From assembly GCA_015680685.1 (NCBI GenBank), contig MNCI01001630.1, positions 763,028-827,027 on the forward strand: 64,000 bases of DNA, written 5' to 3'. Each line of letters starts with the position of its first letter. Positions within the stretch are counted from its first letter, which is position 1. Positions 12,489 to 23,410 of this stretch are shown in pieces. Origin of the DNA: Gnetum montanum. Lineage: Eukaryota; Plantae; Gnetophyta. The translations under genes and the position numbers were made by a program. The notes below the pieces were generated by a model, which was not told where the DNA came from, made no database searches, and saw nothing but the letters and a program-made list of their open reading frames with translations.

Positions 12489-12568
12489 TGCTGTTTTAGG
12501 CCATTTCGGGCCATTGCTAGTTTTAGGCCATTTCGGGCCGCTGCTAGTTTTAGGTCATTTCGGGTCAT
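12489..12568. repeat. Three tandem copies of an about 27-bp unit between the convergent 3' ends
   Basis: TGCT(A)GTTTTAGG(C/T)CATTTCGGG(C/T)C repeated three times. Confidence 0.85.
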
Positions 12569-12626
12569 AGCGTAGCATGCCAAAGAGATGATACATTAAC
12601 AACTTGAACAACGGCTAATTGGTAAC

Positions 12627-15600
12627 TTATGTAGACAGATGGATTGTAAACAACGAAAGATGGTAATGTGTAAAGGATGGCAACTCNTCATTCTCAAAGG
12701 TTACGATCTCTGAGCCCTGCTCCATGTCTATGTTATTGATCGCTTGCGCTGCTACTTCGTCACCATGGATCACCACCTCCCTACCTGCATAAGGCAAATG
12801 GATCTCCTGGTGTATGGGTGAGGAGACAACCCTAAGCTACACTAACCATGACCTCCCCAAGATCAGGTTAAACCCAGGCATCTCCTCAACCACGATGAAT
12901 GTTGCGTTCGTGGGGAACTGGTCCCCTACCACAAAGTCTATGTAGACTGTGCCCTTCACTAGGACACATGCCCCACTGAACGACCTCAGGCATGACATCG
13001 TTGTGGGTTTGATCTGGTCGACTAAGCCCAACTTGTCCATAATAGGGAAGGGGATGATGTTCGTGGCAGCCCCATCATCAACATGTACCTTTCGGATCCG
13101 GTGTTGGCCAACCCAAATTGTAATGAAAAAGGGTGTTGTAGTCACCTGGCCCCTTTCGAGATCTTCCCTAATGGCGTCATCGTAGAAGGTTAGTTGAGAC
13201 AGTTCTGGCTTTGTAGGTGCAGAGGGGAGCATGACCAAGTGGATCGCTTCCTCTTCCGTTGGCATGTCTTCGTTGACTGGAATTGCTGTCAACATGCAGA
13301 TCAGAGCCTCACAATGTGGGACAGACGTCATGATTAGGTCGTACAAGCTCAGTGTAGTGTTTTTCTATTTTAGAGCTTGTTTGACCTGAGTGAGGGCACC
13401 CAAGAGGTCTTGGCCACCTGTTTAACGCTTTCCTCCTCTTCTATTTGTCCCAGAAGACGAATTTCCTGAGGAGGGGCGACTTCGGATCTGAATTTAGACC
13501 CCTTTTGGCAAGGCGGCGCGGGCTGTGACGTTATAGCAACGTCCCTCTTTGGTGATGAAGGAATAGGCGTAGGGGGTAAAGACGTAGGCTTGGAAATGCC
13601 TGGGGTAGTACTTCCTCCTGACGTCTCACCTGCGAAACGCACTTCCCGTTTTTTAGGACGAGAAGGTTGTTCAGCTGTCTTGCGCGGGGCAGGGGCTGTT
13701 AAAGGAGTCGGCCCCCTGATGATGAAAAGAGCTAACGGTGTTAACAGGCGGGGTAGCACGGTTTTGCTAATAGGTGGCACGGAGATGGATGCCCGTGGAG
13801 GGACTCTCAGAATGAACGGTTGTTGCGAGCTTCGGCCAGCCGCTGGTGGTGCTGGTGCACTACGCTGAGGCACACGGACCACGAACGGTTGCTGGGGTGG
13901 CGTAGGATCACCGTCAACACCGATGGTGTTGATAACATAACCGGCGTTGTTAGCGTTGAGGGGATCTGTGTAGACATGCAAAGATTGGTTCTCAGGGCGT
14001 ACTGGGTTGCTTTCGTCCAATACCAGTTTTCCCTGATCGATCAATCTCTGGATGTCATCCTGCAATGCCAGACAGTAATCTGTGCTGTGACCACATTGTT
14101 GGTGATAGTCACAAAACCTGTCCAACCTGAAACCCTTAGGAACTGGGGGCTCATTGGGCAGGGTCAAAGAAGGGTTCCTAAGAAGCTCGCAGTAGCGTTG
14201 ATGTCTCCTGATTCCTTCTTCCGACATCTGCTTGTGTTGGATGTGCCCCGCTGCCAATAGCTGCTTCAGAAGTTCTAAAGGCTTAAGAGGCAGTGGGGTG
14301 TACTTTGAGCGATCTTTACGCTCAAAGTTCGATTTAGGTTGTACAGATGTCTCAGGTGCAGGTACTGGAGGTTGCGGTGCGTGACCCTGCCTGGGCGCAG
14401 GATTAGCTGCGGGTACGGCCAATTTCTTGTTGTTCTTGTTACCATTGTTACTAGGTTTGGGCTTGGCCTCGGTCGCCACAACGGCCACTGTGGTTGTTGG
14501 GGCCTTACCCTTGTCCTTCTTTGTGAAGATCTTTTTGTAGGCGATGTAGGCCGGGTCTTTGCTTGCCTCGACCGCATCCTGTATACTCTTAGTCTGAGCA
14601 AAGGCTTGACTAAGAGTGTGAGGGGCGAGGTAGTACAGTTTAGACTTGATAAAGTCATTCACTACACTCTTAAAGACAGCCAGCAAGTGGGCCTCCGCGA
14701 TGGGCTTGCGGATTTCGTTAAGGGTTGCGCTCCATCACTGGATGAACTTCTGGACTAGTTTCAGAGGATCCTGCTTCATGCTCATCAACTGGTCCAGCGT
14801 GGTTTCCGCCTTCAAGTTATACTTGAAGTGCGTCACGAACTAGGTCAGAAGCTCCTCTAAGGTTGAAATAGATGAGCGTGGCAACGAGCAGTACCAATCC
14901 AGGGCTTTCCCGGCTAGGGACATAGCAAAGACACGAATAATCGTGTGCGGCCATTGTTGCAACAGACGGGATTCAAACCTAAAGGTAACAAGATGTGCAT
15001 TGGGATCTCCCTGCCCATTGTACTTTGTGAAGTGGGGGAGGGACATCCCTGGGGGTAACGTCAGAGTAGGGATTGCAGGGCTGATGGGGTCGTCCTGGTA
15101 AAAGTCCATAACTTGTACCGTGTCAAACCCAACATCTTTGAGGCATTTTATTTCCTCGGTGAGGGTTTGGATAAGCTGGAACGCTTGGTCCAGACCCTAC
15201 GACATTGTGGATGGTTGAGGAACTGCCGAGGTAGCTCCCATCTGTGGAATGGCAGGGGTGGCAGCGTGACCCATCGGCGGTACCGTTGGGATAGCCCCCG
15301 CGAATGGTGCTACTTGCGCTGTCCACCACCCGGCAAGTGGTGTTGTTAGAGCAGCAACAGCGGTTTGAACTGCCGAATAGACCGCTTGTGTCGCCAGCGG
15401 AACAGACCATAGCCCCGTGTTGGGTTGTACCGTTTGCAGGGTTTGGTAGGTCTGAGGGCGAACATAATGAGACATCTGCGACGATTGTGGAATAGGCGAA
15501 GAAGTGAATGGGGTCCACCATGTGGACGGGCACGGGCCCGCTGCAGTGGGTGGAACAGACGTGAACGTAGAAATTGAAACGGAAGTTGTGTACGACTGTA

Positions 15601-16308
15601 AAGTAGGTACAGTACAAACATGCGGCAGGGTAGCCATGATTGGTGTGATGCGCTACAGGAATGGACTAATGAACAGTTTGCGGAGGCATAGTTGCCGTCA
15701 AATGAAACAAGGGAATAAGGGCATTGATACGCCGGGAAGGTGACATGGCTACCCATTACAGTTGTAATTGTAGGCTACAGAAGCGTAGGTGTGATCACAA
15801 AGGGAGCAGTGACAAACAACGGATTGGCCCAAAAGGACTGGGTAGGAGGGACAGGAACAGGGTTGGTTTGACCTCCCTCGTTGGATTGGGAATCGAGTTC
15901 CTCCTGTCCATCCTGGAAAGCGTCATCCTAGTTAGACGTTGTGTCCTATTGCTCCCTAAGTCTGGCCAACTAGATTAGCTGGTCTAAAAGCCTTTGATTT
16001 GTCTATGCCAAATGTATGGAAACGCCAGGAGTGGGAACAAACTCCTTCCCATCGCAGTAAGCGAACTCGAAGCTACGTTTACCTTCGAACTCGTGTACAT
16101 CCAAAGGCAAGTTTGCCTGAACCTTTGCACAAAGGAAGTTATAGCGCTCATGTTGCTGGGCCAAGCCCTCAAGACCCCGGTTTTGGATCCTGAGGGATCG
16201 ACGTGTTTCCAGCGTCGGGTTGAGCGGTTGTTCGGCACCTGTGATGCCTTGGACCGTGATGGGAACCTCAACATTGAAGGTGTTAGCATCGGTAGTTGCG
16301 GAAGTCAT
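12627..16308 (-). pseudogene. gag-protease polyprotein of the Tat-like element (decayed)
   Basis: Long P/T-rich N-terminus. Retrotrans_gag core FTKYNGQGDPNAHL...SLAGKALDWY. Knuckle CDYHQQCGHSTDYC followed by IQRLIDQGKL. Aspartic protease VHVDDGAATNI...NLILGRSWL. Interrupted by TAG stops; ends at about 12627. Confidence 0.88.
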
Positions 16309-16412
16309 TGTTACTAAGCTAGACAGTTTTGCAAAAGCGAAAAGCAAGGAAATCAGAAAGCTAGGTAGTTTTGCAGACAAAAAAAAAACAAAGGAATTGG
16401 AAAGCAATCAAA

Positions 16413-16720
16413 AGGCTTTATGTCTTGCAGGGTTCCCGAGGAACCGTCGAAGCGACTAATCTGTACCACACGATGCGTAAACAACCGCGAAAGGGTGTCA
16501 CGTTTACGCTAGTGCGCGATAGGGTACAGAGCGCGTGCAAGACTATCGTAAGATAGGCAAGTCAGCTGATGACCGGAGGCTTTATGTCCTGTAGGGTTCC
16601 TGAGGAACCGTCGAGGCGACCAATCTGCACCGCACGACGTGTAAACAACCACAGACGGGTGTCAAGTTTACGCTAATGCGTATCAAGGTGCAGAAGGCTT
16701 ACAAGACTACCGTGACACGC
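16413..16720. repeat. Two-copy structured repeat (about 164-bp period) in the retroelement leader
   Basis: AGGCTTTATGTC...GGTTCC.GAGGAACCGTCGA...CAAGACTA present at about 16413 and 16577. Confidence 0.85.
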
Positions 16721-16738
16721 AGAAAAGGCACCAAAAGG

Positions 16739-16755
16739 CCCTCCTTCTAGCGCCA
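16739..16755 (-). other. Primer-binding site complementary to the 3' end of plant tRNA-Asn
   Basis: Minus strand reads TGGCGCTAGAAGGAGGG, the complement of ...CCCUCCUUCUAGCG-CCA. Confidence 0.8.
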
Positions 16756-16761
16756 GAAAAC

Positions 16762-18241
16762 TATAGCGACCGAAAACATCGGCAGCTGGAAAACACCGAG
16801 AGGTCGTTGGTCGTTGATAGTCTTAACCCCGTTTCCGCGGGAGGGCCGTGCTGGATGGAACGGAAACGGGGCACCCTAAACGGTCTGGTCGATTAGACAG
16901 GGACTTAGTCGGTGTTAATATAACCTTTTGCAACCAGATAATTTGAAAACGAGACTGATAACGCGAAGTAATGCTTAAATGTAAAAGGGACGGAAAACAG
17001 TGTAAAATGCAATGATAGGTAGGAGACAAAGTAAAATGCAGTTAGAAAAATGCACCGCTTCGAAGCTACGACTTCGCTCTATCAAGGTGGATACAATCAG
17101 TTGCACAGCGCTAAGAAGTGCAGAGATCCCGAGAGTAACCAAGACGTGTAGAGCAAGACGGCTGTGCTTGAACGCGGACTCAGTCGTTAACAATGCAAAG
17201 TGCTACCAAGGTGGTAGAAAAGAGCAGAACAAAATGCCAACTGAGGGTGATAACTGTTTGCAATGTCAAACAAAAAGCTTACAATGCTCGAGGTTGCAGT
17301 GCTAACTTTTTTGCTTGTCAGCCAACAAAATTGTTAGCTGACCAGATTGCCAAGAAACCGGACCCTGACCCCTCGAGCGTTGCTCATTGGGGTATTTATA
17401 GGACCGAGGGTGCGCGAAAGATGCGGTTTGGACGCCATGTGCCGTGGGCTTATGCTGACCTATCTATGCTGCACGTGCTTGCATGACCGTTGGGTGAGTC
17501 TGCCATGCCATAATTACAAGCCTGCCACGTTGTAATTGCGCTGTCACAGCAACGGTGCGATTAGGTGGAGTGCATTGATGTAGCGTAACTGCTTGCCACC
17601 CTTTGCTATGCTTTGTAGCGTAGCATGTTTGGCATGGCATAGCATCTTGTTACGTTGTGCTACGCTACACAGTGTAGTGTAGCCGCCAGTTCGAAGCAAA
17701 AATTTGTGTTGCACCCTACTGCATGTGTTGGAAACCTTTGCAGTGCTGTGACTACTAGTTGCAAATTTGCTACGCCACGCTACACTACGTAGCGTAGCAT
17801 AGCGTAGCAACCGGCCTTAGTCACAAAAACCATCGACAATCTGCAAAACATTGACAATTTGCAAACTTTGCCTTTTGCACTGCGAAGCTTGCGAACTTGC
17901 TGATCCCACCCTTTGAGATGCCTTCTATCACTTTCGCAGAATTGCTACACCTCGCTGCGCCATGTAGCTTAGCGTAGCGTAGCGGCCAACATGGCCTGCT
18001 TCTTGCCAAGTTCGCCGCTTTCTGACGAAAGGAGACATTGTTGAAGGACTTGAAGTCGGGCGAGGGGACTGACCGTCTCATTTTTGCTACGTTGTGCTAC
18101 GTTGCGTGGCATACCATAGCGTAGCACTGCACTTCTACAAACGTCTTCTGAAGTTTGCTACGCTACATAGCGTAGCGTAGCAAAACTCCTTAACTTAGAA
18201 AACTTGCTGAAGCGTTTTGCGCATTCTGAGCACCGCCAACA
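16762..18241 (-). repeat. 5' LTR of the Tat-like element (about 1480 bp)
   Basis: On the minus strand it starts TGTTGGCGG and ends GGTCGCTATA (decayed CA end). TATA box CCTATAAATACC at about 17391-17402. The PBS follows 6 nt downstream. Confidence 0.75.
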
Positions 18242-18464
18242 ATTCCACACACCGCTCCTAAGTGCGTTGTCGGCTGGATGAACTACTTAGGTGGGCAGGC
18301 TAGAGAATCCGTTTAGCCTGTTGACACCTGGGGTAGAAAACTTGCCAAACTGGACAGTCTGAACATCAAAGCATCCATCTCCTGAAGAACTGCCGTAACA
18401 CTGCACGAATTGCAAAGACTTGGTGAAGCAAGTGTGCCTTCGAATTTTGGGATGTTTCAGAAGC

Positions 18465-21400
18465 AATGTATTGCAGACCCCTATGGGCCTGAAATGGGTA
18501 GGCTCTGACGAATCCGATACTTTTGGCAGGAACACAATTCGGGAGCAGTTAATTTCCTTTCTCACCTACTACCAACAAAGCATTGTATTAAAGGCATCCA
18601 ACATGTTCTCCCCCATTATGTCCTCAAATTCTCTAAAGAACTCAACCGGCCAACCATAGGGCCCCAACGCCTTGCTAGGCTACATTGATTACAGCGCTGC
18701 TTGCAACTCAGCCAAAGTGAAAGGCTGCAGAAGCTTCTAGTTATCAGCCCCGACACCATTTGCTGCACCGGCACCAAAATCGGTGTCATTTCCTGCTTGC
18801 GGCAGATGTTGCCCCAGTACTCTTGAAGACCATCCGCAATTTCCTGCACACTAGCCACAGTACCAACAACCTGCATATGAATTTCGTGTTTCAGATTCCC
18901 CTGGCTTTTGGCAGTAGCAAAAATCAAATGCATGTTCCTATCCCTATCCTTGGGCCAGGATACCTAGGCCCTTTGCCTCCAATGCTCTTCCTCCTCCTTG
19001 TCCAGCACATGTAGTTCATAGAGTAGGTCTTGCTCCTCCTCCACTAGATGAACAATCGCCTCTTGCTTTGCTTGCACCTCTCTTAGGTCTACCTATAGCC
19101 ATTGTCTATATGTCCAAAAACCATATTTCTCCTCTGATGTCCGAATCTTAATTTGATTCTTCAATGCCTGCAGCCACTTTGTTAGGAAGTCTCTCAGATC
19201 CCAAGCTTCAGGGTAACGCTGCTAGATGCTTTGCGCCAGCGGTTGGAGCCAAGGTTTACTCAACCACGTCCATGCAAACCAAAAAGGTTAGGGCCTCAAG
19301 CTCAACCCCCCACCGAGCCAACATACAATTGACCAATGGTCGGAAGCCTACCTCTCCTACCCAGTCACCCAGATATCCAGCTCCAACAGCAAGCTCATAC
19401 TCACCCAAACTCTATCAATCTTAGATTGAACCCGATCATGCCCCCGTCTTCTATTACTCTAAGTGAACCTACAACCCTGAATCTCTAGATCCACCAAGCC
19501 ATGACTCAGCAAGAACTCTGCACACTCCATGCTACTAGGCAGATCCGTGCACTCCATACCCGTTTTCTCCCAAGGATATAGGCACTAATTGAAGTCCCCC
19601 ACTAGCAACCATCAGTCCGTGTCAGGCACCACCTGTGAGACTCTTTGGAGTTCCTATATCCTTAACTCCTAGCCCTACGCCCCATAAACATTGATTAACC
19701 AGACCCATTGCAGGGGAAGGTACACTGTCTAAGTCCACTGCAAAATGTCCACCCAGTTGGCAAGTAATTTGAACAAGATAGCAAGCCCCCCAGCACGTCC
19801 CCTACATGGGATAGTCAGCAGATTCCAACCCTCCCACTACAGCAAACTCTCTTTGGCTGCCTGCAGCTTTGTTTCCTATAGGCAGACAATATCACATCCT
19901 TCACTCTGAATAATCATTTTTAGGGTATTCCATTTTGTAAGGGGTACCTTGTCCCCTGCAATTCCAAGATAGAATCTGCATGGAGACATAGACGTACGTC
20001 TATGATAGACCTCCTTCAGGGTCCTCTACACCCTAAGGTCCATCTCCAACTATGTCAACCTCTTCCACACTGCTAACGCATCTGACTAGCCCAACTTATC
20101 TCTTTTGTAGTATTCCACATTGTCTTGTGGCCTTGTTCAAGTCATAGCTAACTCTGCAAGTTTTGGCCTAGATGAGCCCCACTCAAGCATGATCCACTCC
20201 CCCAACAGCGGTAATTCCAAGGGTTGCCTAACAGGTGTACATTTCAGCAACCTCTCCGATGGTGGTGACTGGGTCGCCTCCACAACCACCTGCACGCCCA
20301 ATTCCACTAAACCCCCGCCAATTTCCAAAGCACGTTTCTCCACCTAATCCGCCATCCCCACCAAGGACCCAAGATGGGCCGTTTTCAGGCCCTACATTGT
20401 CTGCCCTCCTAGGCATCTCAAGTCAGCCCCAAGGCACGACCCCCATCAGCACCTGTCAATCCTGGTCAACCAGCTTCACAACCTTCCCTTTTTTAACCAC
20501 CATGGTCCAACCCCTGTGGAATTCCTTACTGAGCAGCCAATAGTCCTTCATGGGGTGTTCCTTTTCGCAAGTCAAGCACACCCCAGCTTTCTTCGGAACC
20601 TTTGAAGGCAGTAGATTTTCAAAGTGAACCCAGATCCGCTCCTCCCCATCCTCCATGTCCAAAACCACTTCGTTGACCCAATCTTCAGACCCCAATGAAC
20701 ACCACACACAAAATCATGCATAACCCATCCGATCCATCGATGCTGTGAAGGCATCAAACCTGATGAACTCCCCAAATAGTCCAGCCAACAATTTCAGAAA
20801 CCCGGTAGACCAGAACCCAAGGGGCAGGTCCAAGACCCTAATCCAAACCAACGCCCAGTCAAAGAGATTGCCATCTCTGTGGGCACCTAGCCTCCATGGC
20901 ACCAATGCCAAACCCCATGCTGCATAAAACCATTCCCCCCCCCCCCCACCCCAACAATAGCCGTTCTCTGTTGGCGGCATGTTTAAAAACAAAGAGCAAC
21001 CTATCATCGACAAGGCTATGCACAGTCAGCTCCTCCAAACCCCAAGCCGCCTTGGCCCATCTACGAATGAGATCCATTCTAGGTTGAACATCATCTAAAA
21101 CAAACTTGCCAAGCAGGAATAGTTGCAACGCCTAGACTACCTCTGCCAGCAGTCGTCCGACCTTCAGGTGTATCATCCCACCCTTGTGCTTACAAGTGTC
21201 AAACCCCAAGTTGCCCACCCACCCTCCAGATTCTCCCCTAGTGCCCAACGCCCTCCTAGCCGCATCCTCCTTTGTGCCATTCAGCACACCTATCTCCCCT
21301 CCTGCATCGCCTGCACCTCCCATCCCACCCCCCTCCCGCATTGCCCACACCTCCTATATTGTCCCCCTCCCACATTGCCCACACCTCCCATCCCACCCCC

Positions 21401-21480
21401 CTCCTACATCGCCCACACCTCCCATCCCATGTCCATTTTGCCCATCGCCCTTGCTTCCATCACCCACCCCTCCAACCATC
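18465..21480 (-). mobile_element. 3'-truncated L1-type LINE (ORF1 DUF4283/zinc knuckle, endonuclease, start of RT)
   Basis: ORF1 FLLGKF...WVRVLDLPLGFW-like...CLTCEKEH. ORF2 starts MQILSWNCRG at ATG 19981. IVFLPKV...FRPIGVCN at about 18470-18560. G-rich repeats at the 5' end. Confidence 0.88.
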
Positions 21481-22059
21481 AATCTAGTATCCCTTCAAAT
21501 CTTGCTTGTATTTAGTCCAATTTGCCATTGTTAAGAGTTGTATTAGTGTTAATTCCCAATTTGAGCATCTCTCTTTATTATTGCATGTCATATTTGAATC
21601 GGTCTTTTTCTTTGTTATTTTCTCTCAACTTCAATTAAACAACCCTTTCTAACAACTGCATTCCCTAGTCCTCTATGCACATGCCCAAACCATATAAGAT
21701 AACTTTCTTTTGTGTTTTTGTTATAAAGCATAACCCTTAAACTTCCTTTATAAGAAAATTATTAATTATTTTGCTTTTGTAACAAAGAACTCATTCATAG
21801 GAATTGGCAGATGTTTAACAGCCACCTACCAACCTCAAGTGGCCCTCCTTTCTCATCCAAGTTTGGGATTGGCAACGGCAAAGTTCACCATGATAACCCT
21901 ATATCAACAAATCCTTTTCATTATAGGTAACGTCATTTCCATTGTATTTCTATAACACCCATCCCTAGAAATATAACTACAAGAAGCATTGGAGGATTGT
22001 GTTGTAAATGAGCCACTATTGTTTTGGCCAAGAGGTCAACTACCAGTTAGAGATCGGTA

Positions 22060-22228
22060 ACACTCAATAATATTTTGTCTATCATGCTCTAGGGAGCTCA
22101 TCAATAACGTTGAGTAATTTTCCATCCATAACACTCTCTAGGAGTCTCTTGGTAATGCTAAATAATATTTTCATCCATAATTCTCAAGGAAGCCTATTGG
22201 TAATGCTAACTAATATTTTCATCCCCAT
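22060..22228. repeat. Degenerate tandem repeats of about 50 bp
   Basis: CTAGG(G)AG..TCTTGGTAATGCTAA.TAATATTTTCATCC three to four times; a similar unit occurs at about 31570-31670. Confidence 0.55.
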
Positions 22229-22788
22229 CAAAAGCTAGAAACAAAGGCAGATAGTATTCTAACCAAGTAAAATCCAAGCTTTTTGATAGAATACATAACA
22301 AAATCAAAGCTTTCAAGAATATCTTTATATACCACCATTCTTGCCAATTTCACAGTGTATCCATGCTGAAAAACAAACTATACACCTGGTCATATGTCAT
22401 GTTTTTTATTTCTACTGTATTTTTTATTTCTCTGTATGTGCATGCAAAAGATTGAACAAAAAAATTCTTCGAGCCAGATTATAGATATATATTATAAATA
22501 TATAACTAAGCTAGTATACATACTTTATCAGAATCAGCACATGGACATCAGGTCCAGCAGTGTATGCTATTCTGATTGATGTTTTCCAGGCCTGCAGGAA
22601 GTACACCTTGGGTGTGATGTGTGGGAAGTTTGCACATATGCTGAGTTGAAAGGTTGAGTAGCTTTGGGGTTGGATCAAAACCATTTGTGTGAAAATATCT
22701 TTTGTTGTCCAGATTGTTTGGATTTTTTATGTGTCAAACTACTCATAATTGTTAAATTGTACGATGTTGTGTAACGTGACTATTTGGA

Positions 22789-23410
22789 GGAAGCATGGGC
22801 CCAGGAAATCCAGAAGCGGGAGGAGCAAGAGCAAAGGGCACAGGAGGAAGAGGAGGCAGCACAGCTGCAGAGACAGCAAGACCACGCCCATGAATAGAAT
22901 GCCAGATCTTGGCGTCATGGAGAGCCCTAAACCAGTACATCCAGCGCAGGGGGGCGAGCTGCATCCAGATGGGGAGGGCAACAAGGACAAATGTGCCAAG
23001 AAGGAAGAAGCATTCAAAGATTCCCAGCAAGCTGCCATGTTCGTGGATACAGAGAGACAACATGCAGTTCTTGATGCGATCCACTACCAAGCGAGGGTCA
23101 TATGCCCTTGCACAGGTCTTCCATGTCATTTATAGGTTGTGGGCTGATGGGCCCTGTCTCTGTTTTCATTTCTGGAATCTTCACAGTATGGCTGTACAGC
23201 AGGTGTGATTGTCTGTTGTTAGTGGTTGGGAATATTTTTTTGACCTGAGACACCATTTTGTAGGGGGCTGTCTAGGGTTATGGGGGGTGAACGGTTAGGC
23301 GGCGTAAAGGGAATGCAGGGGGGATTTACCCCCCGTTTTTGCCAATGTACAAAATACTTGTAATTTTTAATTTTAATACAACGACCTGAACTCATTTCGG
23401 GAAAAAAAAA
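22789..23410 (+). mobile_element. Short 5'-truncated LINE 3' end, same family as 2416-5432
   Basis: SWRALNQYIQRR...LHPDG...QQAAMFVDTERQHAVLDAIH...CPC matches 4930-5150. Poly-A at 23402-23410. TSD (A)CTATTTGGA on both sides. Confidence 0.88.

Larger units (their letters stand above)
7546..18241 (-). mobile_element. Tat/Ogre-lineage-like Ty3/gypsy LTR retrotransposon, non-autonomous or truncated (5' LTR, PBS, gag, protease, antisense accessory gene; no RT/RH/INT; no 3' LTR found)
   Basis: LTR 16762-18241, PBS 16739-16755, gag and protease motifs, and TGCTACGCTA-like motifs shared along the whole span. The left boundary is approximate. Confidence 0.8.

Noticed and set aside
12489-12568. CRISPR-like array
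   Set aside because: These are head-to-tail repeats with no unique spacers, in a eukaryotic context with no cas genes.
13590-15978. Plus-strand ORFs overlapping gag (for example 13820-14260 and 14339-14758)
   Set aside because: They are antisense shadows of GC-rich gag coding sequence with no motifs or splice logic.
16565-16600. CTGATGA hammerhead-ribozyme core next to the structured leader repeat
   Set aside because: No stem II followed by GAAA and no cleavage-site geometry; it is present in only one repeat junction.
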